The notes under the pieces are model-generated. The model was not told the origin of the DNA. It did not search any database and worked only from the letters and a program-made list of their open reading frames with translations. The translations under genes were made by a program, and so were the position numbers. A DNA stretch of 64,000 nt, taken from positions 10,782,328 to 10,846,327 of the forward strand of contig CAVNZM010000002.1 of NCBI GenBank assembly GCA_963693365.1. The letters are read 5' to 3'. Origin of the DNA: Amoebidium appalachense (taxonomy: Eukaryota > Protista > Ichthyosporea). Positions 11,726 through 24,219 of the stretch are shown here, piece after piece (position 1 is the first letter of the stretch; every line of letters begins with the position of its first letter).

Positions 11726-14700
11726 TACCACAAGCTGATTCGTCCACACAACCACCGCAGGCCCACGCTGTTTGGTCAGCAGATCACTCTAGTGATCAAA
11801 CACACGGACGATCACCAATCAGCCCGGGCGCCCGCATTCCTTGGAAATACCAATTTCTGTGAACATCACCTGAAGCCGAGCGCGCACAAATTACTGCGCT
11901 GCTGGACAAACATTACGACCTGTTCGTCAAGGATGAATATGATTACGGTCGGGCTCGGAATTTCGAAGCGAACTTCGAAGTAGTGACCACCAAAGATCCT
12001 ATCTTCATCCGACAATGGCCGCTTGAGCACAAGAAAATGCTCGCCGCTGTCGACATCGTCAACCACATGTTCGATCGCAATGAAATTGAGGATGCGGATT
12101 CACCACACAACACCCCGTGTTTCCTTGTGCCGAAACCGTCGGGTGCATGGCGATTTATTCAGGACCTGCACACCGTGAACCAGAACCTCCGTCGTGATGT
12201 GTTCCCGCTCCCTAACATGAACACGGAGTTAGACCAAGTGGCCGGTGCCAAAATATTCGCGAAAACTCATTTGTCCAAGTCCTTTTGGCAAATCTCGCTG
12301 GCACCCTCCTGCCGCCCCTACACCGCGTTCACCATCAACAATTCCCACTACCAGGCAACGGTTCTCCCCATGGGCCTGTCCAACAGCCCATCCATCATGG
12401 CGCGATTTATGCACCGCATACTTAAACCCGTTGCACATCTGGCAATAGGCTACATCGACGACATCATCACGTGGGGTAAAACCCTTGCCGAAGTCATTTC
12501 CAACTTTGACCAGATCTTCACGATTCTCGCCGAACACGGTCTCAAACTCGACGCAAGTCAAACCGAAATCGGCGTCAACGAGATTAAGGCGCTGCCAGTG
12601 GGGCATATTTTAACACCAGAGGGTATTAAACCAGACCCCAAGAAGGTGCAGGCCATCTCTGATTGGCCGATACCATCCACAGTTAAGCACGTTCAGTCTT
12701 TTTAGGGTCTGTACAAATATTTACGACGATGGATCCAAAACTTTGCCCGCCGTGCCGCCCCGTTACAAGCATACGGGAAACTCTCCTCCCCACGACGTTT
12801 TACCCTCAACTGAGCTACAGTCGCCGCGTTTGCAGACCTCAAGAACGTGTTAATTTCTGCCCCTGTTATGTGCCTCCCAGATATGTCGCCCACGGGTGGC
12901 AAACTTTTTCTGCGCACTGATGCATGCAAAATTGCTGGTGGTGCCATTCTCTATCAAGAGCAACCAGATGGCCAACTTCGCGTGGTGGCCTACGCATCAC
13001 ACAAGTTTTCTCCGGTCGAAACCCGGTACGGCACTTCAGAACGAGAGATGCTCGCACTCGTGACGGCAATCACCGAAAACTTCCGTGTGTATTTGTGGGG
13101 CAACGATTTTGAGGCTTTCACCGACCACAAACCCAACCTCACTATCCGCGGCACCAGCAAGATCGCGTCCGATCGAATCTACCGATGGGCGGCTAAGCTT
13201 CAAAGCTACTCGTTCAAACTCTTCTACAAGAAAGGGACTGCCAGTGAACTCACAGACGCCGATAGTCTCAGCCACATCGCCTATTCCGACTACGACGAGT
13301 ACGACAAGACTGAAATGGAGAAGGAGATGCGGAAATCGAAGGCCAGCCTCCTATGGTTGGCAACGTCAACGTCAATACCTACAATGACCTGTTTCCTCTC
13401 CACACACCGCCCCTCTGCCCACCCAAACACCGTGGCAGACAACCCACACGCAACATCCATGGGCCGGTGCCGTAACAGTCCACCCATCACGTTTGCACAC
13501 CAACCTGAGTCTGTCTGAGGGCGATCCCGGTTTACCGGAGGCGACAGCGACTGCACTCGATGATCGGCCTAAGCAAACGGTCGGAATCGCATTTACCGAC
13601 CTGTACTGTTCGCGTCCCTACAAAGGGACCATGGTCGAAGTCCCATGCACACCTTGCCTCCCTCTGAACTCCAAGACCTCCACGAGTACCTACAACGACA
13701 CCGTCAGAAGGCACGTGCAAACACGGGTGACTCGAATTCGCCAACTGCTGCACAACCGGCGCTGGGCCAACAAGAGCTGCACATCAACGCAGTTACGGGG
13801 AGTGGTTATCAACGTGATGCCGTCATTGCTGCACAGGCACAAAACCCGTTATGCGCCGACATCATGTACATTATTTCCACACCGGACCCACGTCGTGACA
13901 ACAAGCGCCGATGGGCATGCGGAGGTCCGCAACGAGCCGACTCTGACATTACGATGGCTGAGTCTGACGAGCCACCACCGTGACCATCCCCACCACAAAC
14001 GCCAGCGTCTAGCTATGTCAAAGATCCACTTTTAAGCAATGCTCGGCGCCGCAAGCTCGACCGCATTGACCGCCACTGCTTTGTGGACAATGGTGTTCTG
14101 TACTAATTTTCGACCGACAGCCGCAAGCTTTTTGTGCCCGAAGTGCTACAACACGAGTTGCTTGAAAGTCTGCACGACAGCAACGGGCACTTAGGTGCTC
14201 ACCGCACCCTTCAGGCACTACGATCGTATTACTGGCCTAAGATGGTCACATCGGTCCGGAATTGGGTCAAGTCCTGCACTCATTGCCAAGCACGCAATGT
14301 TGACCCTCACCTTACTCAGCGTGAACACCCTTCCTACCGACCACGACCCATCAAGCCGTTCGAGCACATGTCTGTTGACACCCTCGGACCATACAAAACC
14401 ACCGCTGGTGATAACACAAAGATCATCGTGTTCATGTGCGAACAAACCCGATGGGCGGAAGCTTTCTGTGTGCAAGAAGACACAGCCGAGACAATATCAC
14501 TTCTCCTTCGTGATGAGATTGTGTACCGCTGGTGTGCCCCCCCGGTCTTTGCTAACCGATCGCGGTGAGCAGTACCTCAGCAATATTGTCGTGGCCTTGT
14601 GCAAGCTTCTCAACATCACGATAATTGCCACTGCCGCTTACAGCCCTAAAACCAACGGCAAGAATGAGCGGTCACACCGCCCTCTCAACGATGGGCTAGC

Positions 14701-15300
14701 TAAAATGTGCACTTCGAGAGTAATGATTGGTGTTTGTGGCTCCCGTCATGCATGGATACCGCACTACTCCCCATGCCGCCACAGGCTACTCTCCCTACAA
14801 CCTCGTCACTGGCATGCACCCTACTACACTGCCCGACGTGGCACTGCTTGACTCCTGATGATCCCGACATTACCACCAAGGACTGGCTTGCCTCAGGCTT
14901 GCGCAGCCAAACAATCCGACAACTTCATCATGCCCGTGAATTTGCACTTATCAACCAACAACAACCCAAACAGCGGTGACCCACAACGTGCGCCGCAAAC
15001 CGCCAAGCTTCGGCGTTTCTTCAAGGGGCAAGCAGTGGTTATCCAAAACCACACCCGTGTTAAACTGGGTCCCCGTTGGCTGCATGATTTTGAGATTACC
15101 AAGCAGCTCAGCCCGTACACCAGGTCCTACTAACGAAGTACAAAACACGCAAAACGTCACCGACAAACGCGTGTTAAGCGTTGATGACATCGACATACAA
15201 GTTGGAGAAGACTATACCAACCCCGGAAACTTCCCATTTACCAGTCACTGGTCAAGACCATGGCTGGAACACCATCCACGACGATGAGCGCGCCGGTTGG
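11726..15300 (+). pseudogene. pol: RT-RNase H-integrase of element A (multiple stops and frameshifts)
   Basis: WRFIQDL, LPMGLSNSP, GYIDDII; LRTDAC, EREMLA, FTDHKP; HDSNGHLG...CTHCQ; MSVDTLGP, LLTDRG, PKTNGKNER; KLGPRW. Confidence 0.92.
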
Positions 15301-15472
15301 CTGAGATCCCCAACAATTGTTGTCACACAATTTGTGGGAGATCCGATGGTATAAAACAGCACACGCAAGCAACTGAAGACCAGGACACCACAGTGGTTCA
15401 TCACCACTTCTTCAAGACAAGTACTTCTACAGACCAAAGTGTGCTGTGCCGCCGTTACTAAGGTTGACACCT

Positions 15473-16088
15473 TGTAAACAGTTGAACTAGTTGGGATAAG
15501 GCAGAGAACAACTGAATCAGAATAAAGACAGAGAACGGGTAGTAAGGCACACGCGGCCAGGTTACTATTTAATGTGCTCGTTCAGAGTGATCCCCCGTAC
15601 TGGGACGGCTTGTTTATATAGCCCCCAGGTTCCGGATCATCTGGATGGGTGGCATTGATGCCTTCGTGACTTCTGACCAGTCAGAAGAGTGCGGTCGTCT
15701 TTATGTGCACACAGTGCACCAATAACATGAAGCTAACTAAAAGGATAACTTTGTGGCAAATGATTGGTCAATACTTAAGCCCGTTTAGGTTTATGCAACT
15801 GGGTCTGATTTCCTTATTGGTTCCGTTCGTTTAGCTATAGATGTCGCCTCCGTAGTGGATGAGACTTGCATTCCTATCCTAGCGGTTCTCGAATTCTATT
15901 GGTTCACACTGACTGCACGGCCACTGCATATTGCCGGCGCCGCGGCTCAGTCGTGAGCCGCAGCCCGCGGCTGTCGCGTGTGATATTGATCTGATCATAT
16001 GTACACAATATCTAGATGTACGTGATCACTATGATATGTACAGTATATTCGTAATAGTAAACATGTACGGCGTGTACAGATGTTTACA
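15473..16088 (-). repeat. 3' LTR of element C (616 bp)
   Basis: Matches 23111-23720 except one substitution and a 6-bp insertion, by eye. Confidence 0.96.
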
Positions 16089-16153
16089 CTCCCCCCCTTC
16101 TCGGGAGCCTGGTGGTATGGTCTGGAGACGGTAAACCACCAGGCTGAGGGAAG

Positions 16154-19100
16154 TTAGCGACGTCGGCGCTTCTTTCGTGCGGGCTGGCTGGCAGGGCCGG
16201 CCACCAAAGTACCTAGGTAGTCTGTGAGTGCTCCTGCGGCTGTGTCTTGCAGGCCGGAGTGAGGTTCCCAGGTGTCGTTCTTAGCCGTGTACCCTTTCCA
16301 ACGAACTTTGTAAAGGGCTTGGGCAGTTGCCGAGTCGTACTTGTGGGCAATAATTTTTGCCACTTCGAAGGTGGGGGTGGGTGAATCTTGCGGACCAGAG
16401 TCGGCTGGCGTCATATCAACGTCGTCACGGGGAAAATACGGCTTCAAGTGACGTGCGTGTGCTCGAACGGTGTCCGTTGACCCAACCCGCTGAATTTCGT
16501 AAGACATGGGGGCGTCGGTAACGCGCCGCAGGACGCGATACGGACCTTCCCATTTAGGTCTGAGTGCCGTGGGTAGACTGTGGTCGGTGGTGGAGTCTGT
16601 GACTGCTTTCAACACCAGACCCTCGAGTTCTGTGGGTTCACGAGCATTTTTGTTAGCCGTGATTTTACTACGACGGGCAGCTTCAGACATAATTCGTGTG
16701 ACTGTTTGCCGGGCATACTGCACTCGTTGCAGTAGTTCTCGACGGTATTCCTCCGTCTCCATCCCACATGAAGCCGCAATTGGGGGGCGGGGGGGCTCGA
16801 CCGGATCTCTGCCATAAAGCATGAAGAATGGCGTGTCCCCCAAGGAAGAGTGGTAGGCGGTGCGGTAGGAAAACAGTACTTGCGGTAAGTAGTCAATCCA
16901 TTCGTGGTGTTTATCCTGCACGAGAGTGGCAAGAATATTCTTAAGTGTGCGATTGAATCGCTCTACGGCACCATCATGGTCTGGGGGCTGTAGGGACTTG
17001 CAAAAATTCGTTTTGTAGCCAACACTCGACAGACATCTGTGACCAACATAGCTGCCAAATTCGCGCCGTTGTCTGATACTAAAAATTCCGGACGACCGTG
17101 ACGGCAGTAGATGGAGTCTTCGAATGCCTTTGCCACATCTTCGGCTGTGGGTGTTTTGTGAAATAAAATCACTTCCGGCCAGCGAGTGAAGAGGTCGAGA
17201 AACACCAACAGGGAAACTCTGAGATCAGATTTCGTAGGCATCTCAGTAATGTCCATAGACACGTATTGAAAGGGATAGGTGGGGATAAAACCATCGTGAA
17301 TTCGTAGTTTCTTTTGCATTCGGGGTGTCTTCCGGTATTGACAGGCTTTGCATGTGGTTACCCACTGCACCGAGTCTTGCCATACACGTGGCCACCATGC
17401 TATCTGGGTAACACGGTGGAAGGTGCGTGCTGCGTCGAGGTGACCTGCGGTTGGGGCGTCGTGACATGCGGCCAAAACGAGGCGCACAAGCGTAGACGGC
17501 ACCCAAATTCGTGGTTCCTTGCTGGGTTTGCGGGGGCCACGCTGTTCTAGGACCCACACATACACAAGGTCATTGTCTATGGTGCAGCGACTAGCTTCCA
17601 TCGCGATTTCGTTGCCAAATAATTCGTAGCCCGGTGCTTTTTCCAGGTAGGCCCTGACTTTCGCAATGTGTTTATCAGCCTTCTGTGCTGACACATACTG
17701 TTCATAGGTGGGCATTCGTCCATCCGCTTTTGGGGGAATAAATTCTGGCGGCGTGGTATTAGGTTTCGTGGGTTCAGCTGGGGGTGGGTGGGTGGCAGCT
17801 TGTGCCTGCGCTGTCGCTGCGGCGGAGCGTGTTACCGCAAACACCGTGGACGAGCCCGAGACTGTGCCGATCAGTGAGGGGTATGTCAGCTCAGTATCTT
17901 CGGGTCCTGGTTGCGCATTTTCTTTAGATGGCCGAGAGAGTCCATCAGCATTGCTGTGGTGTTTGCCCGCCCTGTGCTGAATTTCGTATGTGTATGCGGA
18001 AAGCGCCATTTGCCAGCCTGCAACAACAGGTTCCGGTGCATCGCCGGTAGACAGAATGCGCGTCAAGCTGGAGTGGTCGGTTCGTAACAAGAAAGGAGCC
18101 CCATAGGTGTAAGCGCGAAATGCTTTGCACACAGCCCAATACACACCTAAGGCTTCCCTTTTATTCGCCGCATAATTTCGTTCACTCTTAGAGAGTGTTC
18201 TGCTAGCATAAGCTATGGGTCGTTCTTTGCCGTCATCACCTACCTGCGAAATCACTGCGCCCAGAGCATACTGTGAAGCATCTGAGTCAACAATAAAAGG
18301 TTTGGTGAAATCGGGGTGAGCAAGCACAGGTGCATTAATTAACGCATTCTTAAGGGTATCGTATGCTTTCTCCTGTTCCGTACCCCACACCCATGCAGCA
18401 TTTTTCTGTGCTTTCTTTTTCGTGGCCAAAATAGCTGCAGAATCGGCGTGCAAATTTTTTGCTTCGTCTTTTCGTTGTTTTGCGCTGCCGTTGCGTTTGG
18501 CGGGTTTCGTAGAGGGGGGCATTTTTGCGTGAATTCGTTTTAGTAATTCTGAATCCTCCTTCGAGGTGCCCAGCATTCGCGTGAGTGGTTCAGCCGTATG
18601 GCTGAAATCGTCCACAAATATTCGATAATATGAAAATAACCCGAGGTCACTTCGTAGCTCAGATAAATTTTGTGGGTAGCTTTTATTCTTTATTGCTGCC
18701 ACTTTTTCTGGGTCTACCTTAATACCATCCGGGCATACGCGATGGCCTAAATAGCCAACTTCTTCCATGAACAAAGAGCATTTTCTGCCTTTCAGTTTTA
18801 ATCCTGCATCACAGAGCCGGGAAAAACATGAATCTAAATGCCCAAAATGTTCTTCGATAGTGGGTGACATAACTAATATATCATCGAGATATATGAGTAC
18901 ATGTGTCCACAGCATACCAGCGAATACACGGTTCATCATCCTTGAAAAGACAGCAGGCATGTTACTTACTCCAAAAGGTGCGCGTGCGAATTGATACTGC
19001 CCCCAGGGGGTGGTAAATGCAAGTTTTTCTTTGTCGTTATCGGCTACTTTGACTTGGTGGTAACCACCGTTTAAATCAAGTGCGGAAAACACGCGGGCAC

Positions 19101-21056
19101 CTCTGAGCATACCCAGAGCCATGTCAATTCGTGGTAAAGGGTAACCGTCTTTCTTCGTAATCAAGTTCAGCATTCTAAAATCAATGCAGACTCTTAAAGA
19201 CCCGTCCTTTTTCGCCACCAACACCATCGGAGCGGAGTAAGGGCTGGACGCAGGCTCAATCACTCCAAACTCTACCCAATTTTGAATTTGTTTGTGTAGG
19301 CTATCGCGAAGGTGATGTGGGATGTTATAGGGCCTGCGGTACTGTGGTATGGTGGTAGTTACTTCGATCGACAGTTCGTCTAAGGTACTCAAACCAAAGT
19401 CGTTGTCGTGTGCAGAGAACACATGCTTCCATTTCTTAAGCAGTTTTCGTATCCGTTTCGCCAACGGTTTCCGTTGGTCTGGGGGAGTTCCAGGCATGTC
19501 GTATTCTTCTGGAGGTTTGACCCCAAAAGGCAAGTCGTCGTCTGTGGCGGCTTCCCCGTCGGAGGTACATTCGTGCGTACGCTTTCGTAAATTATTCGTA
19601 TCCTCCAGTGCAGTGGTAGATGGTGCCCCATCTGCTGCTTCGATAGTAGGTGGCCCTACCTCTGGTTTTGTTCGTGCTGGATTACCAAAACCATTCATTT
19701 TCGTGGAACTGCGCTGTGTGGTGTTCTCTTTCGTACTCATATTCATAATTTTACTCCGTTCACACACCTTAATACTACCGTTAATATTAGTAGCCGCCTG
19801 GAAAGTGTGTGGTTCGTGTTCGGTGGGTTCTTCGGTTGATTCCTGCGAAGAAAAGTTCGTTTTAGCAGAGGTACCTAATGGATGGCCAGGGTGTGGGGTT
19901 GTCGCCCTCCTGGTTCCATTACCGGAGTGTGGACGTGCTAAAAGAGTAACAGTGTCATCTGATTGCAAGGGAATAAACATGGCCACCTCCGTACCAGGGC
20001 CTAGGTACACATGATGGTCCGATGTGTTAGTCAACAACACCTTGCATTCGTATTCGTCCTCGATCACACTTTCTTCGCTAGTGGAGAGGGGGGTTCGTTA
20101 TTCGAAATTCGAGCTAAACTGGTGACACTGCATGCTGTTGTGTAAGCCCGTGAATTAAGTGGACCACATGGAACCACTGTGCCCATACAACAGTCTAAAG
20201 TTCGTGGTGGTGGTGCGCCGGCAGCGAGTTTTATTTTACACGTTGCGATATTTGACGCATCTACCGGGAGGTGAATACCTGTGGTGGTAATTAATACGCG
20301 AGAAACAGCTGTCTCCTCCGCACTCCCACACAACCACCACACCGGAATACTGCACCTGCGATTTCCCTTAGCATACATGAACGAAAGTTCTGCAGCACCG
20401 TAATCAATTCGTCCCTGTTGTGGCCCCATGAAATCAACACCTAATAAGGCATCATATGGTAGATTATCAATCACATGCCATCTGTGCACCACTAGAGCAG
20501 ATTCGTTGGGAATGGCGAGAGTGAGAGATATACTTCCTTGGCATGTCATTTCGTTACTTTGTGCATCCAGTACACTAAAATTAGGAACATGCTGAATTCG
20601 TTTTCTTGCCACTACAGGGAGAGATTCGTAAAATGCTGTGCTTATACAGCTATGGCTAGCACCAGAGTCGACAACTACTGTGACTAGCTTCCCATGCACA
20701 TACATTCGCGCAAGTGTGGCTGTGCATTTATTTTCGTGGGTTAATGTGCACACAGTGGCATTTTCATGCCGTGGTTCTGCAATGGAGGAGTGCACACGGT
20801 CAGCAAAATGCACATTTTTCTTTTTGCGCGGGGGCGGGGTGTGCGTGTGCATGGGGGGGTCAGTACACGGGGGTAACTGTTCGTGGGGGGGTGGGGCACA
20901 TGCAGATTCGTGGGAGGGCTCCGAGACAACAGAAATTTCCGCACCAGTAGATTTATTTTGCAATTTATCTGCCAGAGGGGAACACAGTTCCAGCTCTGCT
21001 ATTAAATCAAATACATTATGTTCTACTGGGGAGAGACCAGTCCCTTGCCCGCCTTC
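16154..21056 (-). pseudogene. pol: pol of element C: PR-RT-RNase H-integrase-chromodomain (frameshifts near 20090 and 16975)
   Basis: VVDSGAS; LRVCIDFR, IYLDD; DSDAS, RTDH; HDAPTAGH...CKAC, VSDNG; KWEGPY; chromodomain FEVAKIIAH...YKVRWKGY...DTWEP; C-terminal RKKRRR. Confidence 0.95.
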
Positions 21057-23058
21057 CTATTCTACACGTGCTCTCTTGAACTTGGCCCGATTAGCCTCAA
21101 TCTCTGCCTTGCGGGTTCCCTTCTTAAAGTTGGGGTCGTACTTGGGGCAAATTGGTGACCCCCCAAAGTGCCCCTTCTGCTTGCAGGAGTGGCATTCGAA
21201 TTTGAGGGCCGGGCACGTCTTGCCTTCGGCGTGGCTGCCGTACTTGCACCCACGGTTGCAGGGGGTGGTGCCCATGCGCGAAAAAAATAGACGGCTTCTC
21301 GCTGGCACCAGATCCACCACCGGGTTGCTGTTTTGTGGGGGGTTTCTGTGTTAGAATGGTGGATGGGGTTCGTGTGTGCCTGTCTCTTTCTTTTTCTGCG
21401 AGATAGGCAACAACTCCAGACAGGGTCAATTCTTCTTCTTTTCGTGTTTGTCTGAGTTGATATTTGCGAAATTCTTGTTCGTCTTCCCCACCCAATCGGT
21501 GAGACAAATCCAAAATTTGGTGTGCCTCAGACTTAAGGGGGTACACACGTGCCCACAAACGCGCATGCCTGCTTGCAAATTCGGCCACCTTTTGCTTGCC
21601 TTGTTTGAGTGCATTTAATTCGGCACTGAGTGCCTCTTGCACACGCTGGTCGTGAAATTTCGTAACTAGTGCATGTGCAAATGCATCAAACGTGAGTTCT
21701 CCCTGTGTCCTGGTAAAATTCGTGTACCACACACGGGCGGGGGAAGCAAGAGGAAAGCACTGCACCGCCCAGCGAACAGCAAGTGTGGGGGGGACCCCTG
21801 CAATGCAAAACATCTGCTGGGAAAATTCGTGCAGCCATTCAATCACCGTGCATTTATCCTGCAAGTCACCCTTGTATTCTGGTAGTTTCAATGCAGCCAA
21901 GATGGGGCCGTATTCGGATGCATGCAACTGGCGGAGAGGGTGCAACCACAGTTTTTCGTGCTCTGCAAAGTGCTTGTTCAATATAGACCCAGCCTTACCT
22001 CCTGAGCCTGTGCTGACATCAGAGCCTCTCGGGCGACTTGGCGTGCCTGCCAGTCCACCTGCAGACGCCAGAGGGGATCCTGCAAGGGGGATTTCGTTAA
22101 ATACGGGTGCTTTAGGCTGGTCGAAGTGATCTTCTTCATGCACTTTCGCAGTCATGTGTTCGTTTTCGTTTGTGGGTGTGTCTTCGTAACTTTGTTCGTG
22201 TTTTTCTTCATTTTCAGCATCAGAATCAGTGTAGCTGAGTGTGCGCGCAAGCACATCCTTATATGTAAATTTAGTGGGGGGTGCGGGAGGTGCAATTACC
22301 TTGGGATCAGTGCACCCAGATGGGACCGGGGACAAAGGCTTCTTGCCTGTGGTGGGTGGGGGAGGACGGGGGGTGGTGGGCACCGTCGTATTTTTCACAC
22401 GTGCCTCAGCCACCAACTGTGCTTCCCGCTCCAACTCAGACCATTTCGCGGACGTGCACAACATTCTAGACAGTGTGGTGTCTTCCATCTGCGAAATCTC
22501 ACTGTAAATCTGCGCGACATCAGCTTCGAGGTCCATCACAGGCCGCCCAGCATCGATTGCAGTTTGAATGGCACGTCTCAGAGTTTCAATACGATAGAAC
22601 TTGGAGAGAACACGGCCCCGCACCTCTGCCAGAGCTGTGGCAGTGTCCCGGTCTTGTTTCGTTTTTTCCTTCGTTGCTACTTGAAGTTCGTTCGTGTGTT
22701 TGTTGGTGTTCGTGTGTTCGTTGGTGTTCGTATGTTCGTTGGTTTTCGTGTGTTCGTTGCGCTTCGTTTTGTCTTTGGGTTTCGTGCTTTCGTTGGGCTT
22801 CGTTTATTCGTTGCCAGTGGGCTTCGTAGTTGCCTTTGTGTTCGTGTGTGTGTTGGGTTTTGTGATCGTGTTCGGTTTCTGGGGAGCACGAGGCTGTGTA
22901 GGGGGAGGGGTGGGGAGTGTTTTCGTGCCCTGCCCCGGAGTCTTGGCTTTCTTCTGCGTTGGGGGCGGCGGTTTGACTGCGGTAGGCTTCTTGGTGTCAC
23001 GTGTCAGTTTGCTTTCATTGTCCGAGAGTACAGGGTAGTCGTCAAATTCGCCCGCCAT
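21057..23058 (-). pseudogene. gag: gag of element C (one in-frame TAA at 22804, one frameshift in a T-run near 21285)
   Basis: ATG about 50 nt after the PBS; Thr/Lys/Pro-rich N-terminus with 18-bp repeats; retrotransposon capsid-like LKQGKQKVAEF; Zn knuckle CHSCKQKGHFGGSPIC. Confidence 0.85.
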
Positions 23059-23098
23059 GGTTGAAGAGATTCTTGAAAGATGTGAGATTCTGGAACTG

Positions 23099-23109
23099 CG
23101 CGGTCGCCA
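23099..23109 (-). other. PBS of element C (TGGCGACCGCG), probably tRNA-Arg 3' end
   Basis: Begins TGG 1 nt inside the 5' LTR boundary; complementary to a ...CGCGGTCG-CCA end typical of eukaryotic tRNA-Arg(TCG/CCG). Confidence 0.7.
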
Positions 23110-23110
23110 A

Positions 23111-23720
23111 TGTAAACAGTTGAACTAGTTGGGATAAGGCAGAGAACAACTGAATCAGAATAAAGACAGAGAACGGGTAGTAAGGCACACGCGGCCAGGT
23201 TACTATTTAATGTGCTCGTTCAGAGTGATCCCCCGTACTGGGACGGCTTGTTTATATAGCCCCCAGGTTCCGGATCATCTGGATGGGTGGCATTGATGCC
23301 TTCGTGACTTCTGACCAGTCAGAAGAGTGCGGTCGTCTTTATGTGCACACAGTGCACCAATAACATGAAGCTAACTAAAAGGATAACTTTGTGGCAAATG
23401 ATTGGTCAATACTTAAGCCCGTTTAGGTTTATGCAACTGGGTCTGATTTCCTTATTGGTTCCGTTCGTTTAGCTATAGATGTCGCCTCCGTAGTGGATGA
23501 GACTTGCATTCCTATCCTAGCGGTTCTCGAATTCTATTGGTTCATACTGACTGCACGGCCACTGCATATTGCCGGCGCCGCGGCTCAGTCGTGAGCCGCA
23601 GCCCGCGGCTGTCGCGTGTGATATTGATCTGATCATATGTACACAATATCTACGTGATCACTATGATATGTACAGTATATTCGTAATAGTAAACATGTAC
23701 GGCGTGTACAGATGTTTACA
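23111..23720 (-). repeat. 5' LTR of element C (610 bp)
   Basis: Direct repeat of 15473-16088. Confidence 0.96.
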
Positions 23721-24082
23721 CACCTATACTGGTGCTTCATCAACCCGCTCTACCATACAACACCTGTTGTTTTCCTTCTCTCTTTTATTTCTAGCACAGC
23801 TACGGCTGCGCTCTACCAGTGGCCGCTTATGCTAAGGGTCCTTTTTGGCTGTAGCTGCCTAGCTCGCCACAGTGTCATGTGTGCTTGGTGCCCCACCCCT
23901 AGACGGTTGGAGCAGCCACCGACGACGGTGCCCTGAGTCTAAACACCTCGGGCTACCTATGCACACTTACACACACCACACCACGAACCACCACCCACAT
24001 ACATCATTGAGTGCAGTGGTCTTTGAGTAGGTTGGGGCCCTGGACAGCGGCTAACACATCACTGTGAATTGGTGTGAAGGCT

Positions 24083-24219
24083 TGCCTCCCAACGAAAGTC
24101 TACTACTTCATTCTTTGATACGCACGCACACACACGTACACGCGACGCGTGGCTTTACGCACTTGACTAGGCTCCGCTGAGAATCCTTTTACATCCCTCT
24201 CTTGGGCAATACCCGTACA
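24083..24219 (+). repeat. 3' part of the 3' LTR of element A (true start lies further upstream, undefined)
   Basis: Matches bases 1-140. Confidence 0.85.

Larger units (their letters stand above)
15473..23720 (-). mobile_element. Chromodomain-bearing Ty3/Gypsy LTR retrotransposon C nested in element A
   Basis: LTRs 15473-16088 and 23111-23720 with TGTAAACA...TGTTTACA ends. 5-bp TSD CACCT at 15468-15472 and 23721-23725. [17 protein letters not shown] (minus strand, 16089-16102). PBS TGGCGACCGCG. Confidence 0.97.
1..24219 (+). mobile_element. Ty3/Gypsy LTR retrotransposon A (degenerate; host of two nested elements; 5' end lies outside the window)
   Basis: Bases 1-140 match 24083-24219 almost exactly and both end ...TACCCGTACA. 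Internal order is gag, PR, RT (YIDD), RNase H, integrase, i.e. Gypsy order. Confidence 0.9.

Noticed and set aside
20064-20100. Programmed frameshift between protease and RT in element C
   Set aside because: The shift lies in a C6 run. Similar single-base shifts occur in homopolymers at about 2400, 8110, 8795 and 21285, so slippage or sequencing error is more likely; a family consensus is needed.
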